A stretch of 64,000 nt of DNA. Source: Erysipelotrichaceae bacterium (GTDB lineage: Bacteria; Bacillota_I; Bacilli_A; Erysipelotrichales; Erysipelotrichaceae). This document shows positions 9,099 to 18,073 of this stretch, one piece after another. The translations under genes and the position numbers were made by a program. Location: positions 557 to 64,556 of the forward strand of contig JAFULN010000018.1 of assembly GCA_017473335.1 (NCBI GenBank), given 5' to 3'. The notes under the pieces were generated by a model that saw only the letters and a list, made by a program, of their open reading frames with translations, searched no databases and was not told the DNA's origin. Within the stretch, counting starts at the first letter, position 1; the number at the start of each line of letters is the position of its first letter.

Positions 9099-9800
9099 TT
9101 ATCCTCCTAAATATGCTTTTTTGATATCTTCTGATGCAGACAGTTCTTCACCTGTGCCACTCAATACAATTTTACCTGTTTCCATGACATAAGCTCGATC
9201 CGCAATCTGCAGCGCCATGCGTGCATTCTGTTCAACCAGAAGTACAGTGGTTCCCTGTTCATTGATAGAGGTAATGATAGAAAAAATTTCTTTAACCAAA
9301 AGCGGAGAAAGTCCCATGCTCGGTTCATCCAGAAGCAGAAGTTTAGGTTTTGCCATAAGAGCTCTTCCCATCGCCAGCATCTGCTGCTCACCGCCAGAGA
9401 GTGTTCCTGCCAGCTGTTTCTTACGCTCTTGTAAGCGAGGAAAACGTTCAAAGACCATCTTCATATCTTCTTCAATACCCGCTTTATCTTTTCTTAGATA
9501 AGCTCCCATCAAAAGATTCTCTGTGACACTCATATCAGGAAAAATACGTCTTCCTTCTGGAACCTGTGTAATTCCTGCAGCTACAATGGCACGACTATCT
9601 GCCTTGCTGAGTGAATTGCCCAGAAACAGAATGTCTCCTTCATGTTTTACCAGTCCACTGATCGCATGCAGAAGTGTTGTCTTGCCTGCTCCATTAGCTC
9701 CAATCAAAGCAACAATTTCCCCTTCATGAACTTCAACAGAGACCTGTTTCAAAGCCTGAATCACACCATAATGAACACTTAAGTCTTTTACTATTAACAC
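9099..9800 (-). CDS. livF: Branched-chain amino acid ABC transporter ATP-binding protein
   Basis: Walker A GANGAGKTT, signature LSGGEQQ, Walker B LLLLDEP. Position at the end of the liv-type operon. Confidence 0.85.
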   Translation of the reverse strand: MLIVKDLSVHYGVIQALKQVSVEVHEGEIVALIGANGAGKTTLLHAISGLVKHEGDILFLGNSLSKADSRAIVAAGITQVPEGRRIFPDMSVTENLLMGAYLRKDKAGIEEDMKMVFERFPRLQERKKQLAGTLSGGEQQMLAMGRALMAKPKLLLLDEPSMGLSPLLVKEIFSIITSINEQGTTVLLVEQNARMALQIADRAYVMETGKIVLSGTGEELSASEDIKKAYLGG

Positions 9801-10576
9801 GATGCATCCTCCCCAAGATAAGCCTCAATGACTCTTTTGTTGGATTTAATCTGCTGAGGATTCCCCTTCGCAATCAAACGTCCATAATCAAGTACATAAA
9901 TGCGTTCACATATACTCATGACCAGTGACATATCATGTTCAATCAAGATAATAGTCAGATGAAAATGTTCTTTTAGTTCATGAATCAGTTCAGTCAATTC
10001 AGCTGTTTCCTGCGGATTCATCCCTGCAGCAGGTTCATCCAGAAACAGAATCTTTGGATTTGTCGCCAAAGCACGCGCAATTTCCAAACGTCTTTGTTTC
10101 CCATATGGAAGATTCTTCGCAAGATCTTCTGCATGTTCATCCAAATGAACAATTTTTAATAATTCATACGCTTTTTCTTCCAGCATTTTTTCTTCTCGAT
10201 AAAAACCTGGAGTACGCAAGATAGATCCAATGACAGAAGTTTTCACAGACTGATGCATACCAATACGCACATTATCTAATACAGTCAACTCTTTAAACAA
10301 ACGAATATTCTGAAAAGTACGAGATACACCCAGCGTTGAAATTACATAAGGTTTCTTTCCTTCAATGGATATCATCTTTCCATCCACATTCAGTTCAATT
10401 GTACCTTCACTTGGTTCATACACTCCTGTCAATAAGTTAAACAGCGTTGTCTTACCGGCACCATTGGGTCCAATCAATCCAATCAGTTCACCCTGTTCAA
10501 TTTCCATATTCACATTGGAAACGGCAGACAGCCCGCCAAAGTTTTTTGTCAGTCCAGTGACTTTCAATACACTCAT
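9794..10576 (-). CDS. livG: Branched-chain amino acid ABC transporter ATP-binding protein
   Basis: GPNGAGKTT, LPYGKQRRLEIARAL and ILFLDEPAAG. Overlaps livF and livM. Confidence 0.85.
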   Translation of the reverse strand: MSVLKVTGLTKNFGGLSAVSNVNMEIEQGELIGLIGPNGAGKTTLFNLLTGVYEPSEGTIELNVDGKMISIEGKKPYVISTLGVSRTFQNIRLFKELTVLDNVRIGMHQSVKTSVIGSILRTPGFYREEKMLEEKAYELLKIVHLDEHAEDLAKNLPYGKQRRLEIARALATNPKILFLDEPAAGMNPQETAELTELIHELKEHFHLTIILIEHDMSLVMSICERIYVLDYGRLIAKGNPQQIKSNKRVIEAYLGEDASC

Positions 10577-11535
10577 TGTGCTGCCCCCTTTCCTTTCTTT
10601 AACACCTTCAATAATCCGCTGAAAGTCAATTCTTTACGGCCAAGAAGTCCACTAGGTCTAAAGACCATAATCACAACCAGTGCTAAACCATAGACAATCA
10701 TACGAACTGATGAGAACTGCTGAAGTACAGTATTTAACAGACTCACCAATGTTGAAGAGATAAATGATCCAGTAATGCTTCCCATACCTCCAAAAACCAC
10801 TAAAACAAGAATATCTATCGATTTTGAGTAAGTAAACATATCCGGTTTAATAACGTAGAATGCCCCTGCATAAAGTGCGCCGGCAACAGATGCAATCATT
10901 GCCCCAAGGACAAACGCTAAAATCTTATATTGAGTTGTATTGATTCCCATAGCTTCAGCTGCAATTTCATCTTCACGCACAGAAATACAAGCACGTCCAT
11001 GCGCTGAACGCCCAAAGTTCACCACAACAATGGTACAAATCACAACTGCCCAGAAAATCATATGCCATGATACGGCCTTCGGTAAAATCAATCCTGCTGC
11101 ACCATTGGTAATTTTCATATTCAAAATAACAATACGAATAATTTCACCAAAACCAAGCGTAGCAATCGCAAGATAATCCCCGCGTAATCTTAACGTTGGG
11201 ATTGCAACCACTAAAGCTACAAATGCACTGATGACCATACCTGCAATAATCCCCAAAAAAACACCCGGAACTCCAGATACAAAACTTTTCAGCATGACAC
11301 CACAGCTGTATGCACCAATAATCATAAAGCCTGCATGTCCCAGTGAAAACTGACCAGTAATCCCAATAATCAGATTCAATGAAATCGCCAGAATAATATT
11401 GATACCAATGGTCATTAGTACTGTCTTATACACATTGTTAATGATTCCTGCAGAAATCAAAATATTTAACACTGCATAGCTCAAAACAATCAATCCAAGC
11501 CAGAGAAGGTTTTCTTTTTTCATCCAGTTTTTCAT
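10573..11535 (-). CDS. livM: Branched-chain amino acid ABC transporter permease
   Basis: Polytopic. GQFSLGHAGFM motif typical of LivM. Confidence 0.8.
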   Translation of the reverse strand: MKNWMKKENLLWLGLIVLSYAVLNILISAGIINNVYKTVLMTIGINIILAISLNLIIGITGQFSLGHAGFMIIGAYSCGVMLKSFVSGVPGVFLGIIAGMVISAFVALVVAIPTLRLRGDYLAIATLGFGEIIRIVILNMKITNGAAGLILPKAVSWHMIFWAVVICTIVVVNFGRSAHGRACISVREDEIAAEAMGINTTQYKILAFVLGAMIASVAGALYAGAFYVIKPDMFTYSKSIDILVLVVFGGMGSITGSFISSTLVSLLNTVLQQFSSVRMIVYGLALVVIMVFRPSGLLGRKELTFSGLLKVLKKGKGAAQ

Positions 11536-11538
11536 AGA

Positions 11539-12417
11539 CTACACCTTCTCTTTCACATTCTTGCCTAAAAGCCCAGCAGGCTTGACAATCAAAATCACAA
11601 TCAGAATCAGATACACCACAGCGTCTTTCCACAATGAACTCCAGTATCCTGCAACCAGTGTTTCAACGACACCAATAAAGAATCCACCCAGCATAGCACC
11701 CGGAATGATGCCAATACCGCCAAATACCGCGGCAATAAACGCCTTGATGCCTGGAAGCATCCCCATCAAAGGATTGATAGAATTATAATACAAACCAACC
11801 AATACACCTGCAGCTCCTGCAAGTGCTGATCCAATCGCAAATGTAAATGAAATCGTTGCATCTACATTCACCCCCATCAAACGAGCAGCATCTGGATCCA
11901 CGGATACAGCACGCATCGCACGTCCAACCTTGGTCTTGTTGACTAAAAAAGTCAGTGCCACCATCAGCACAATGGTTACTGAGAAGATAACGATCTGCTG
12001 AGTTGAGATACGCACATCCCCAAACATGATTGTTTCATTGGCCAGCACATTCGGAAATGTCTGAACGCCAGCTCCCATCACACGCTGAGTTCCAGCTTCA
12101 AGGAAATAACTAACCCCAATCGCTGTAATCAGGGCAGTAATACGTGTTGCATTTCTCAATGGCTTATAGGCAATACGTTCAATCGTTACACCAATCAGCG
12201 CACACCCTGCCATTGAAATCACTAAAGCAGGAAAAAAACCAAGCCCCAGCTTTGTCGTTACAATAAAGCCAATATATGCCCCCAGCATATAAATATCCCC
12301 ATGGGCAAAATTAATCAGTTTGATAATACCGTAAACCATCGTGTACCCTAACGCAACCAGTGCATAGATACTTCCCAGTGATAGTCCATTGATCATCTGC
12401 TGAAGAAATTGAGTCAT
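11539..12417 (-). CDS. livH: Branched-chain amino acid ABC transporter permease
   Basis: LINFAHGDIYMLGAY motif. The ATG at 12417 (MTQFLQQ) lies 5 nt after AAAGGGGAA. The track start at 12435 is a TTG inside the SD region. Confidence 0.8.
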   Translation of the reverse strand: MTQFLQQMINGLSLGSIYALVALGYTMVYGIIKLINFAHGDIYMLGAYIGFIVTTKLGLGFFPALVISMAGCALIGVTIERIAYKPLRNATRITALITAIGVSYFLEAGTQRVMGAGVQTFPNVLANETIMFGDVRISTQQIVIFSVTIVLMVALTFLVNKTKVGRAMRAVSVDPDAARLMGVNVDATISFTFAIGSALAGAAGVLVGLYYNSINPLMGMLPGIKAFIAAVFGGIGIIPGAMLGGFFIGVVETLVAGYWSSLWKDAVVYLILIVILIVKPAGLLGKNVKEKV

Positions 12418-12441
12418 AAACAGTTCCCCTTTCAAGTGCGA

Positions 12442-12470
12442 AAATAGGAGAAAGAATCTTTCTCCTATTT
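12442..12470 (-). terminator. Intercistronic hairpin between livJ and livH (partial terminator or mRNA stabiliser)
   Basis: Perfect 13-bp stem AAATAGGAGAAAG / CTTTCTCCTATTT with a 3-nt loop, followed by a weak U-tract. Confidence 0.5.
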
Positions 12471-12489
12471 GTCTATTTTTTCTTACTAA

Positions 12490-13671
12490 TTAGTCAACAT
12501 CTGGACTGACAGCTACAGCATCACCCTGTACACCATCTACCAGTGTAACAACCAGTACAGACTTGATTGGAGTATGAGTTTCATCAAAACTAAATGAACC
12601 TGTAACACCATCAAATTCAATATTTTCAACAGCACTGCGAACAGCATCAGAATCAGTAGAACCTGCTTTTTCAATCGCCTGAATCAACAGATTTGTTGAA
12701 TCATATGCAAGAGCAGAAAACATACTAGGTTCTTCATTGTATTCAGCCTTGTAAGCATCAATAAAAGCCTGCAGTGCATCAGAAGCACCAACTGTTGTAT
12801 AAGCAGTTGTATAATACACTTTATTCAAATTAGAAGCACCAGCCAGATCAATCAAAGATTCAGAGTCAAATCCATCCGAGCCAATGATTTCACAGTCAAT
12901 TCCCATTTCACGAGCCTGTTTAATAATCAAACCAGCTTCATTATAATATCCAGGAATATACAGCACATCATAATCCATGTCTTTAAACTTTGTTAAAACA
13001 GAATTAAAATCAGTGTCTCCTTTAGAATAGTAATCTGTCGCAACGATTGTTCCGCCCAGCTTTTTAAACTGTTCAGTAAATGCTTCAGTCAAACCCTTTG
13101 CATAATCACTGGAATTATCTGCATAAATAATTACCTTGCCTTTTGCCAATGTATCCACAGCATACTGAGCCATTGCAGCACCCTGATATGAATCTTCAAA
13201 ACAAATACGGAAAACATAATTATACACATTTCCACTAGGATCCAGTGTGACACCAATCTGTGTTGCAGAAGGAGAAATCACCGTCACTTTTGCATCATTC
13301 TTAATCTGATAAGTTGCAGCACTTGATCCTGATGTTGCAGGACCCACAACACCTGCTACACCATCATTTGCCAGCTGCGCAGCTAAAGTGACCGCTTCTG
13401 TCGTATCTGATTTATTATCATAGATTACTTCTTCATAATTTCCACCGGCTTCATTGGCTTGTTTAATCGCCAGCTTTGCCCCCTTTAATTCTGCATTTCC
13501 ATAATCCGCTACTTCGCCAGTCAATTCGAAGTGAAGACCAATTTTAACAGTGTTCGAACCCGAATTATCCGAGCCAGATGGTGTGTCTGAGGAGGAATCA
13601 CCACAGGCAGCCAAAGAAGCTGCCATCATGATTGCCAGCGCACTCATGAATGCCTTTTTCATTGTTTTCAT
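12490..13671 (-). CDS. livJ: Branched-chain amino acid ABC transporter substrate-binding lipoprotein
   Basis: Lipobox LAACG, Ser/Asp-rich linker, type-1 periplasmic-binding fold features. First gene of the liv operon. Confidence 0.8.
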   Translation of the reverse strand: MKTMKKAFMSALAIMMAASLAACGDSSSDTPSGSDNSGSNTVKIGLHFELTGEVADYGNAELKGAKLAIKQANEAGGNYEEVIYDNKSDTTEAVTLAAQLANDGVAGVVGPATSGSSAATYQIKNDAKVTVISPSATQIGVTLDPSGNVYNYVFRICFEDSYQGAAMAQYAVDTLAKGKVIIYADNSSDYAKGLTEAFTEQFKKLGGTIVATDYYSKGDTDFNSVLTKFKDMDYDVLYIPGYYNEAGLIIKQAREMGIDCEIIGSDGFDSESLIDLAGASNLNKVYYTTAYTTVGASDALQAFIDAYKAEYNEEPSMFSALAYDSTNLLIQAIEKAGSTDSDAVRSAVENIEFDGVTGSFSFDETHTPIKSVLVVTLVDGVQGDAVAVSPDVD

Positions 13672-13703
13672 ATATTTGCCCTCTCTTATGATTAGATGTC
13701 TAA

Positions 13704-13732
13704 ATTATAAATCTTAATATTGTTGATTTCAA
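13704..13732 (-). promoter_or_regulatory. Sigma-A promoter of the liv operon
   Basis: On the minus strand: TTGAAA (13727-13732), 17-nt spacer, TATAAT (13704-13709). The -35 lies inside the inverted repeat TTGTTGA-TT-TCAACAA (13720-13735). Confidence 0.55.
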
Positions 13733-13747
13733 CAATACTTACAGTAA

Positions 13748-13778
13748 AATTTTCACAAAAATTTCATAATTATGAAAA
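13748..13778. promoter_or_regulatory. CodY-box-like sequence and adjacent 16-bp perfect palindrome upstream of the liv promoter
   Basis: AATTTTCACAAAAAT (13748-13762) matches the AATTTTCWGAAAATT consensus at 13 of 15 positions. TTTCATAATTATGAAA (13762-13777) is a perfect palindrome. Confidence 0.35.
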
Positions 13779-13822
13779 TTATATAATTCTCTTACATTTT
13801 CTATTAAAAGAAAAGAGAGTGA

Positions 13823-15025
13823 CTATTTCACTCCCTTGACTCCTTTAGCACCTTTTGCGCTTCCTGCACTGAAATTACTCAGGATATTGGAATCAAAAGA
13901 TGTAATTCTCTTTTCACGTCTTCTTTGACGATCAATCGCCTGTTTGACAAGCGCATCCATCAGCTCACTAAAGCTGATACCTGCTTCCTTCCACAAATAA
14001 AATGCCAAAGAACCTGGAATTGTATTGATTTCATTGACAAACACTTCATTACTTTCACCATCAATCATAAAGTCAATACGACAAACTCCACTTGCCCCCA
14101 GTGTCTTAAATGTCTTGACAGCCAAATCTTGAATGTACTTCGTTGTTTCTAAAGATACAGGTGCAGGTACAATACGGCTAGCTGAAGCCATTCCCTGGCT
14201 CTTTGCCCCTTTTGTCTTTCCATTTCCTAAATACTTGTCTTTAAAATCTAGAATTTCTGCACCCTTAGTGACTTCCTCCAGCACACTAGCCTTACAGTCA
14301 AAATGATCCCCCAGCACAGAACAGTTGATTTCTCTTAAGTTTTTTACCATCTGTTCAATGACAATCTTTTCATCATACTGACCAGCTTCTTCTACTGCTG
14401 CATCCAGTTCTTCTTCACTATGGGCAATCACAATCCCTACAGAAGAACCAAGACATGCAGGTTTTAAAATCACTGGATAACCAAGTTCATTCACTTTTGC
14501 CTTGATTTCTTCTTTGTGATCTTCATAATCACACGCATAAATCCAAGTCCATGGACACATTGGAAGACCGCTGTTTTCAAGAATATGCTTCATCACTGCC
14601 TTATCCTGACCACATCCTGCCGAAATCACATCACAGCCTGCATATGGTACTTTCAGCATTTCTAAAAGCCCCTGAATAGATCCATCTTCCCCATTTGTCC
14701 CATGCATCACAGGAATACAAATATCTACAGGAATCGGTTCATTCTTTTTAAAGAAAGACTTCTTTAATGATTCAATCACAACCTGATTATCTTTCTTTAC
14801 TAAATGAACTGCTGGTACTGTTTTCTTTAAATAAGACATATCTGTATATGTTTTAATATCTCTTAATTCTGGCCCACTGTAAAAATCTCTTTCTTTCGAA
14901 ATATATACAGGAATCACTTCATATTTTTCCGGATTTAGTGCATTCATCGCCTGCGAAGCAGAGATGATGCTCACTTCATGTTCAACAGATTCTCCGCCAA
15001 ACAAGACCGCAACTCTAATTTTCAT
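13823..15025 (-). CDS. ddl: D-alanine--D-alanine ligase
   Basis: MKIRVAVLFGGESVEHEVSIISA N-terminus, ATP-grasp motifs and EINTIPGS. The start is placed at the third in-frame ATG (MKIRV). Confidence 0.85.
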   Translation of the reverse strand: MKIRVAVLFGGESVEHEVSIISASQAMNALNPEKYEVIPVYISKERDFYSGPELRDIKTYTDMSYLKKTVPAVHLVKKDNQVVIESLKKSFFKKNEPIPVDICIPVMHGTNGEDGSIQGLLEMLKVPYAGCDVISAGCGQDKAVMKHILENSGLPMCPWTWIYACDYEDHKEEIKAKVNELGYPVILKPACLGSSVGIVIAHSEEELDAAVEEAGQYDEKIVIEQMVKNLREINCSVLGDHFDCKASVLEEVTKGAEILDFKDKYLGNGKTKGAKSQGMASASRIVPAPVSLETTKYIQDLAVKTFKTLGASGVCRIDFMIDGESNEVFVNEINTIPGSLAFYLWKEAGISFSELMDALVKQAIDRQRRREKRITSFDSNILSNFSAGSAKGAKGVKGVK

Positions 15026-15082
15026 AATCTTCATTCCCTTCAGACAATTCTCTACTATTATACTCAAAAGAATTGTTTTACG

Positions 15083-16111
15083 CTACAAAAGATAGCCTAG
15101 AATTAGTTCTATTGTTGCATTTAGTCCATCATAATGTGTACGTTCCATACCATGAGATGCATGTACACCCGGACCAATCAAAGCTCCCTTAATGTCATGA
15201 CCACCACGCAGTGCTGCAGAAACATCAGAACCATACATTGGATAAATATCTACTGCATAATTCAAGTTCTTCTGCTTTGCAATATTGATCAGTTCTGAGG
15301 TCATATGATAATCATAAGGTCCTGAACTATCTTTTGCACAAATGCTGACATCATATTCACTGCATGCAAGATCCAGTCCAATACATCCCATATCTACAGC
15401 TAATAGTTCATTTACATCTGATGGAATCCAGCTGTTTCCATGACCTACTTCTTCATAGACTGTAATCATGACAAGTGTTCTATGCTTTGGTTTCAAATTC
15501 TTTTCTTTCAGTTCTTTTAATACCTGAAAAAGACAAGCCACTGAAATCTTATCATCTAAGAAACGTGACTTAATAAAGCCACTTTCAGTTACAGTTGTCT
15601 TAGGATCTAACGCAATAAAATCTCCATTCATAATTCCAAGTTTCTTAGTATCTTCTGCAGTTTTCACTACTTCATCCAAGCGCACTTCCATATGTTCACA
15701 TTCACGACTAGAGCTTCTTGCATCAGGATATACATGAACACTTGGTGAAGTGGACAAAATTGTACCTGTATAAACTTTACCTTCTCTTGTATACACACGG
15801 CAGTATTCTCCATCATATGTTGGAAGAAGCGGTCCACCCAAAACAGTAAATGAGAGTTTCCCATCTGATTTGATAGAACGAACCATCAGCCCTAATGTAT
15901 CCACATGAGCACAAAGCCCTTTTGTAATTGTATTGTCTTCGCCCTCTACTTCAACATACAAATTCCCCTTTGCATTGATCCATGTCTTATAACCCATGTT
16001 TTCAGCCTTTTCTTTCAGCCACGCAATCGCATGATGTGTATATCCAGTAGGACTATCAATCGCAAACAATTCCTTCGCAAATTCAAAAAATGCTTCTTTT
16101 CTATTTTCCAT
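15083..16111 (-). CDS. M42-family metallopeptidase (aminopeptidase, FrvX/CelM-like)
   Basis: HVDTLG, YEEVGHG and GPGVHASHGMERTH motifs. AAGGAGA SD. Confidence 0.75.
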   Translation of the reverse strand: MENRKEAFFEFAKELFAIDSPTGYTHHAIAWLKEKAENMGYKTWINAKGNLYVEVEGEDNTITKGLCAHVDTLGLMVRSIKSDGKLSFTVLGGPLLPTYDGEYCRVYTREGKVYTGTILSTSPSVHVYPDARSSSRECEHMEVRLDEVVKTAEDTKKLGIMNGDFIALDPKTTVTESGFIKSRFLDDKISVACLFQVLKELKEKNLKPKHRTLVMITVYEEVGHGNSWIPSDVNELLAVDMGCIGLDLACSEYDVSICAKDSSGPYDYHMTSELINIAKQKNLNYAVDIYPMYGSDVSAALRGGHDIKGALIGPGVHASHGMERTHYDGLNATIELILGYLL

Positions 16112-16192
16112 AAAAGTTCATCTCCTTGGTACTATTGTACACTATTTTTCTACGTTTTCTTACTTTTATCTAGTACTTGATACGATTTATTG

Positions 16193-16243
16193 TTGACAGT
16201 TATAGACTACAGATGTAATATGTATTTGACCACAATTGTAGTC
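16193..16243 (+). promoter_or_regulatory. Promoter with BlaI/CopY-type operator dyads
   Basis: TTGACA (16193-16198), 17 nt, TAATAT (16216-16221). TACAGATGTA (16208-16217) overlaps the spacer and -10. The 16-bp near-palindrome GACCACAATTGTAGTC (16228-16243) lies just downstream. Confidence 0.6.
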
Positions 16244-16249
16244 CAGGGG

Positions 16250-17641
16250 GTGATTGAACTGTTTCAAAACATCATAAACATTACAATTCCTGTTTCTATA
16301 TCCATTGTGATGCTTCTGCTTTTTAAGAAAACATGTTTAAAGAGAATACCTGCAAAATGGCATCTTCTCTTATGGATTCCTGTATTATTTCAGCTGATGA
16401 TACCTATTCAAATCAAAATACCAGTATCTTCTAAAGCTTCTCAAACTGCAGTACAAATACAGAATGCTGCAGAACACATCACTCACAATATGGAACAGGT
16501 CTTTGAACAAGTCATTATCGAAGAAGCTTCAAACACACATTTCATTCATCCACAGATGATTTGGATTGCAGGTATTGTGATACTTCTAGTTCAATTCATT
16601 CGATCAGCATGGCTTTTAAATGTGCGCATACAAGAGGAAGCAGAAGAATGTCATGATAATCGAGTATTAAAATATACTGATCTGCATCATCTGAAACCAC
16701 TCATTTTGCCGCACATCCATTCTGCCGCTCTTCCACTCACTCGCTGGGATCTTATGATTCTTTCAAAAGAATTACTTCAGCTGTGCGACAGTGAACTGGA
16801 ACTGATAATAAAACATGAACTGCTTCACATCAAATATCATCATCGTATGATTTCACTGCTTCTGCAGTTGATAAAAATGATTTACTGGTACAATCCATTT
16901 GTTTATCTGATGTATTTTAGAATCCATCAGGAAATGGAGATGATGTGTGATGAAAGTATCATAGAACAGAATTCTGAAAAAATTGAACAGTATGGAAGAT
17001 TATTGATTGACATGCAGGCAGGATTTACTTCCTTTCAATCCATTGCTTTATCTAAAAAAGCTAGAAACACTAAAGAAAGACTGAGGAATCTTATGAACAA
17101 AAAATATAAAACTACATTTGCACTTACGATTGTATTATTCATTATGGGACTTAGTGTCCTACCACTTTTAGCACAGGAAAAAACAGTCCCTAAGCAGATG
17201 ACAGCTTCTGATACAATACTTTCAGAAGTATCTGATGTACCACAAAAACTCTCTGCAGAAGAGTTTATCTCCATGATGGTACAACCTGTTGATTCCTATA
17301 AAATCACTTGTCAGTGGGGATGTTATGCAGGACACAATGGAACTGATGTCATCAACCCTATAGAAAGATACGGCAATGTCTACGCAGTTTATTCAGGCAT
17401 TATTGTTGAAACCGGATATGACTCAGAATCAGGAAATTACATTATTATCGATCATCAAAACGGATATCAAACACATTATCATCATTTAAGTGAAATTTAT
17501 GTTACAATCAATCAGGAAGTACAGCAAAAAGAAACCATTGCATTGATTGGTGAAACAGGAATTGCAACAGGACCTCATCTGCATCTTGAGCTGACTTTTG
17601 ACAACACAAGCATAAACATTGACAGTTTATTTGGAGAATAA
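16250..17641 (+). CDS. BlaR1/MecR1-like M56 signal-transducing metalloprotease with a C-terminal extracellular M23 (LytM) peptidase domain. Start is uncertain.
   Basis: M56 signature KHELLHIKYHH..WYNPF..EMEMMCDE. A later TM segment (FALTIVLFIMGLSVLPLL) is followed by M23 motifs HNGTD and GPHLHLE. The track start at 16190 lies in the promoter, so GTG 16250 after AGGGGG is a guess. Confidence 0.75.
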   Translation: MIELFQNIINITIPVSISIVMLLLFKKTCLKRIPAKWHLLLWIPVLFQLMIPIQIKIPVSSKASQTAVQIQNAAEHITHNMEQVFEQVIIEEASNTHFIHPQMIWIAGIVILLVQFIRSAWLLNVRIQEEAEECHDNRVLKYTDLHHLKPLILPHIHSAALPLTRWDLMILSKELLQLCDSELELIIKHELLHIKYHHRMISLLLQLIKMIYWYNPFVYLMYFRIHQEMEMMCDESIIEQNSEKIEQYGRLLIDMQAGFTSFQSIALSKKARNTKERLRNLMNKKYKTTFALTIVLFIMGLSVLPLLAQEKTVPKQMTASDTILSEVSDVPQKLSAEEFISMMVQPVDSYKITCQWGCYAGHNGTDVINPIERYGNVYAVYSGIIVETGYDSESGNYIIIDHQNGYQTHYHHLSEIYVTINQEVQQKETIALIGETGIATGPHLHLELTFDNTSINIDSLFGE

Positions 17642-17644
17642 GTT

Positions 17645-18019
17645 ATGGAAAAGAAAATCAGTGACAGTGAATTAGCGGTAATGAGCTATTTATGGGAAAA
17701 CGGTCCTAAAACTGCATCCGAAATCATTGCAGCACTTCAAAAAAAGAAAGACTGGTCCAGCAAGACCATTCGTACAATGATTGACCGTCTTGCGGCTAAA
17801 GAAATCATCAAAGTAGACAGAAGTCAAAAAGAACTTCTGTTTTCACCAGTCATTACTCAAAAAGAATATGAGAAAAACACTCGCAAACAGCTCGCAGATC
17901 GATTATATAATGGTTCAATTGCACAATTATTAATGAATTTTGTACAGCAGGATGAACTTGAAAAAGATGAGATCCTTGAGCTTAAATCATATCTTGATGA
18001 ATTAATGAATCAAAGATAG
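17645..18019 (+). CDS. BlaI/MecI/CopY-family transcriptional repressor
   Basis: 124 aa. Winged-helix N-terminus SELAVMSYLWENGPKTASEI..WSSKTIRTMIDRL. Lies 3 nt after the M56 gene, in the same order as blaR1-blaI. Confidence 0.85.
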   Translation: MEKKISDSELAVMSYLWENGPKTASEIIAALQKKKDWSSKTIRTMIDRLAAKEIIKVDRSQKELLFSPVITQKEYEKNTRKQLADRLYNGSIAQLLMNFVQQDELEKDEILELKSYLDELMNQR

Positions 18020-18040
18020 CCTAACAAGCTATCTTTTCTT
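18014..18040 (+). terminator. Rho-independent terminator after the repressor gene
   Basis: AGATAGC (18014-18020) / GCTATCT (18028-18034) followed by TTTCTT. Confidence 0.55.
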
Positions 18041-18073
18041 ATGGTAAAATAGAAAAAAGAAAGAGGTACAACA

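Noticed and set aside
9161-9729. Overlapping same- and opposite-strand ORFs (9161-9451, 9217-9501, 9523-9729) inside livF. Similar cases lie inside livG/M/H (10365-10622, 10940-11176, 11438-11632, 11561-11788).
   Set aside because: They lie fully within well-supported ABC genes, lack SD sequences, and have low-complexity or Ser/Pro/Cys-rich translations typical of off-frame reading.
16190-16249. TTG-initiated N-terminal 20 codons of the M56-M23 ORF
   Set aside because: This stretch coincides with the -35, the -10 and both operator dyads, so it is almost certainly untranslated. The true start remains uncertain (GTG 16250 or a nearby codon).
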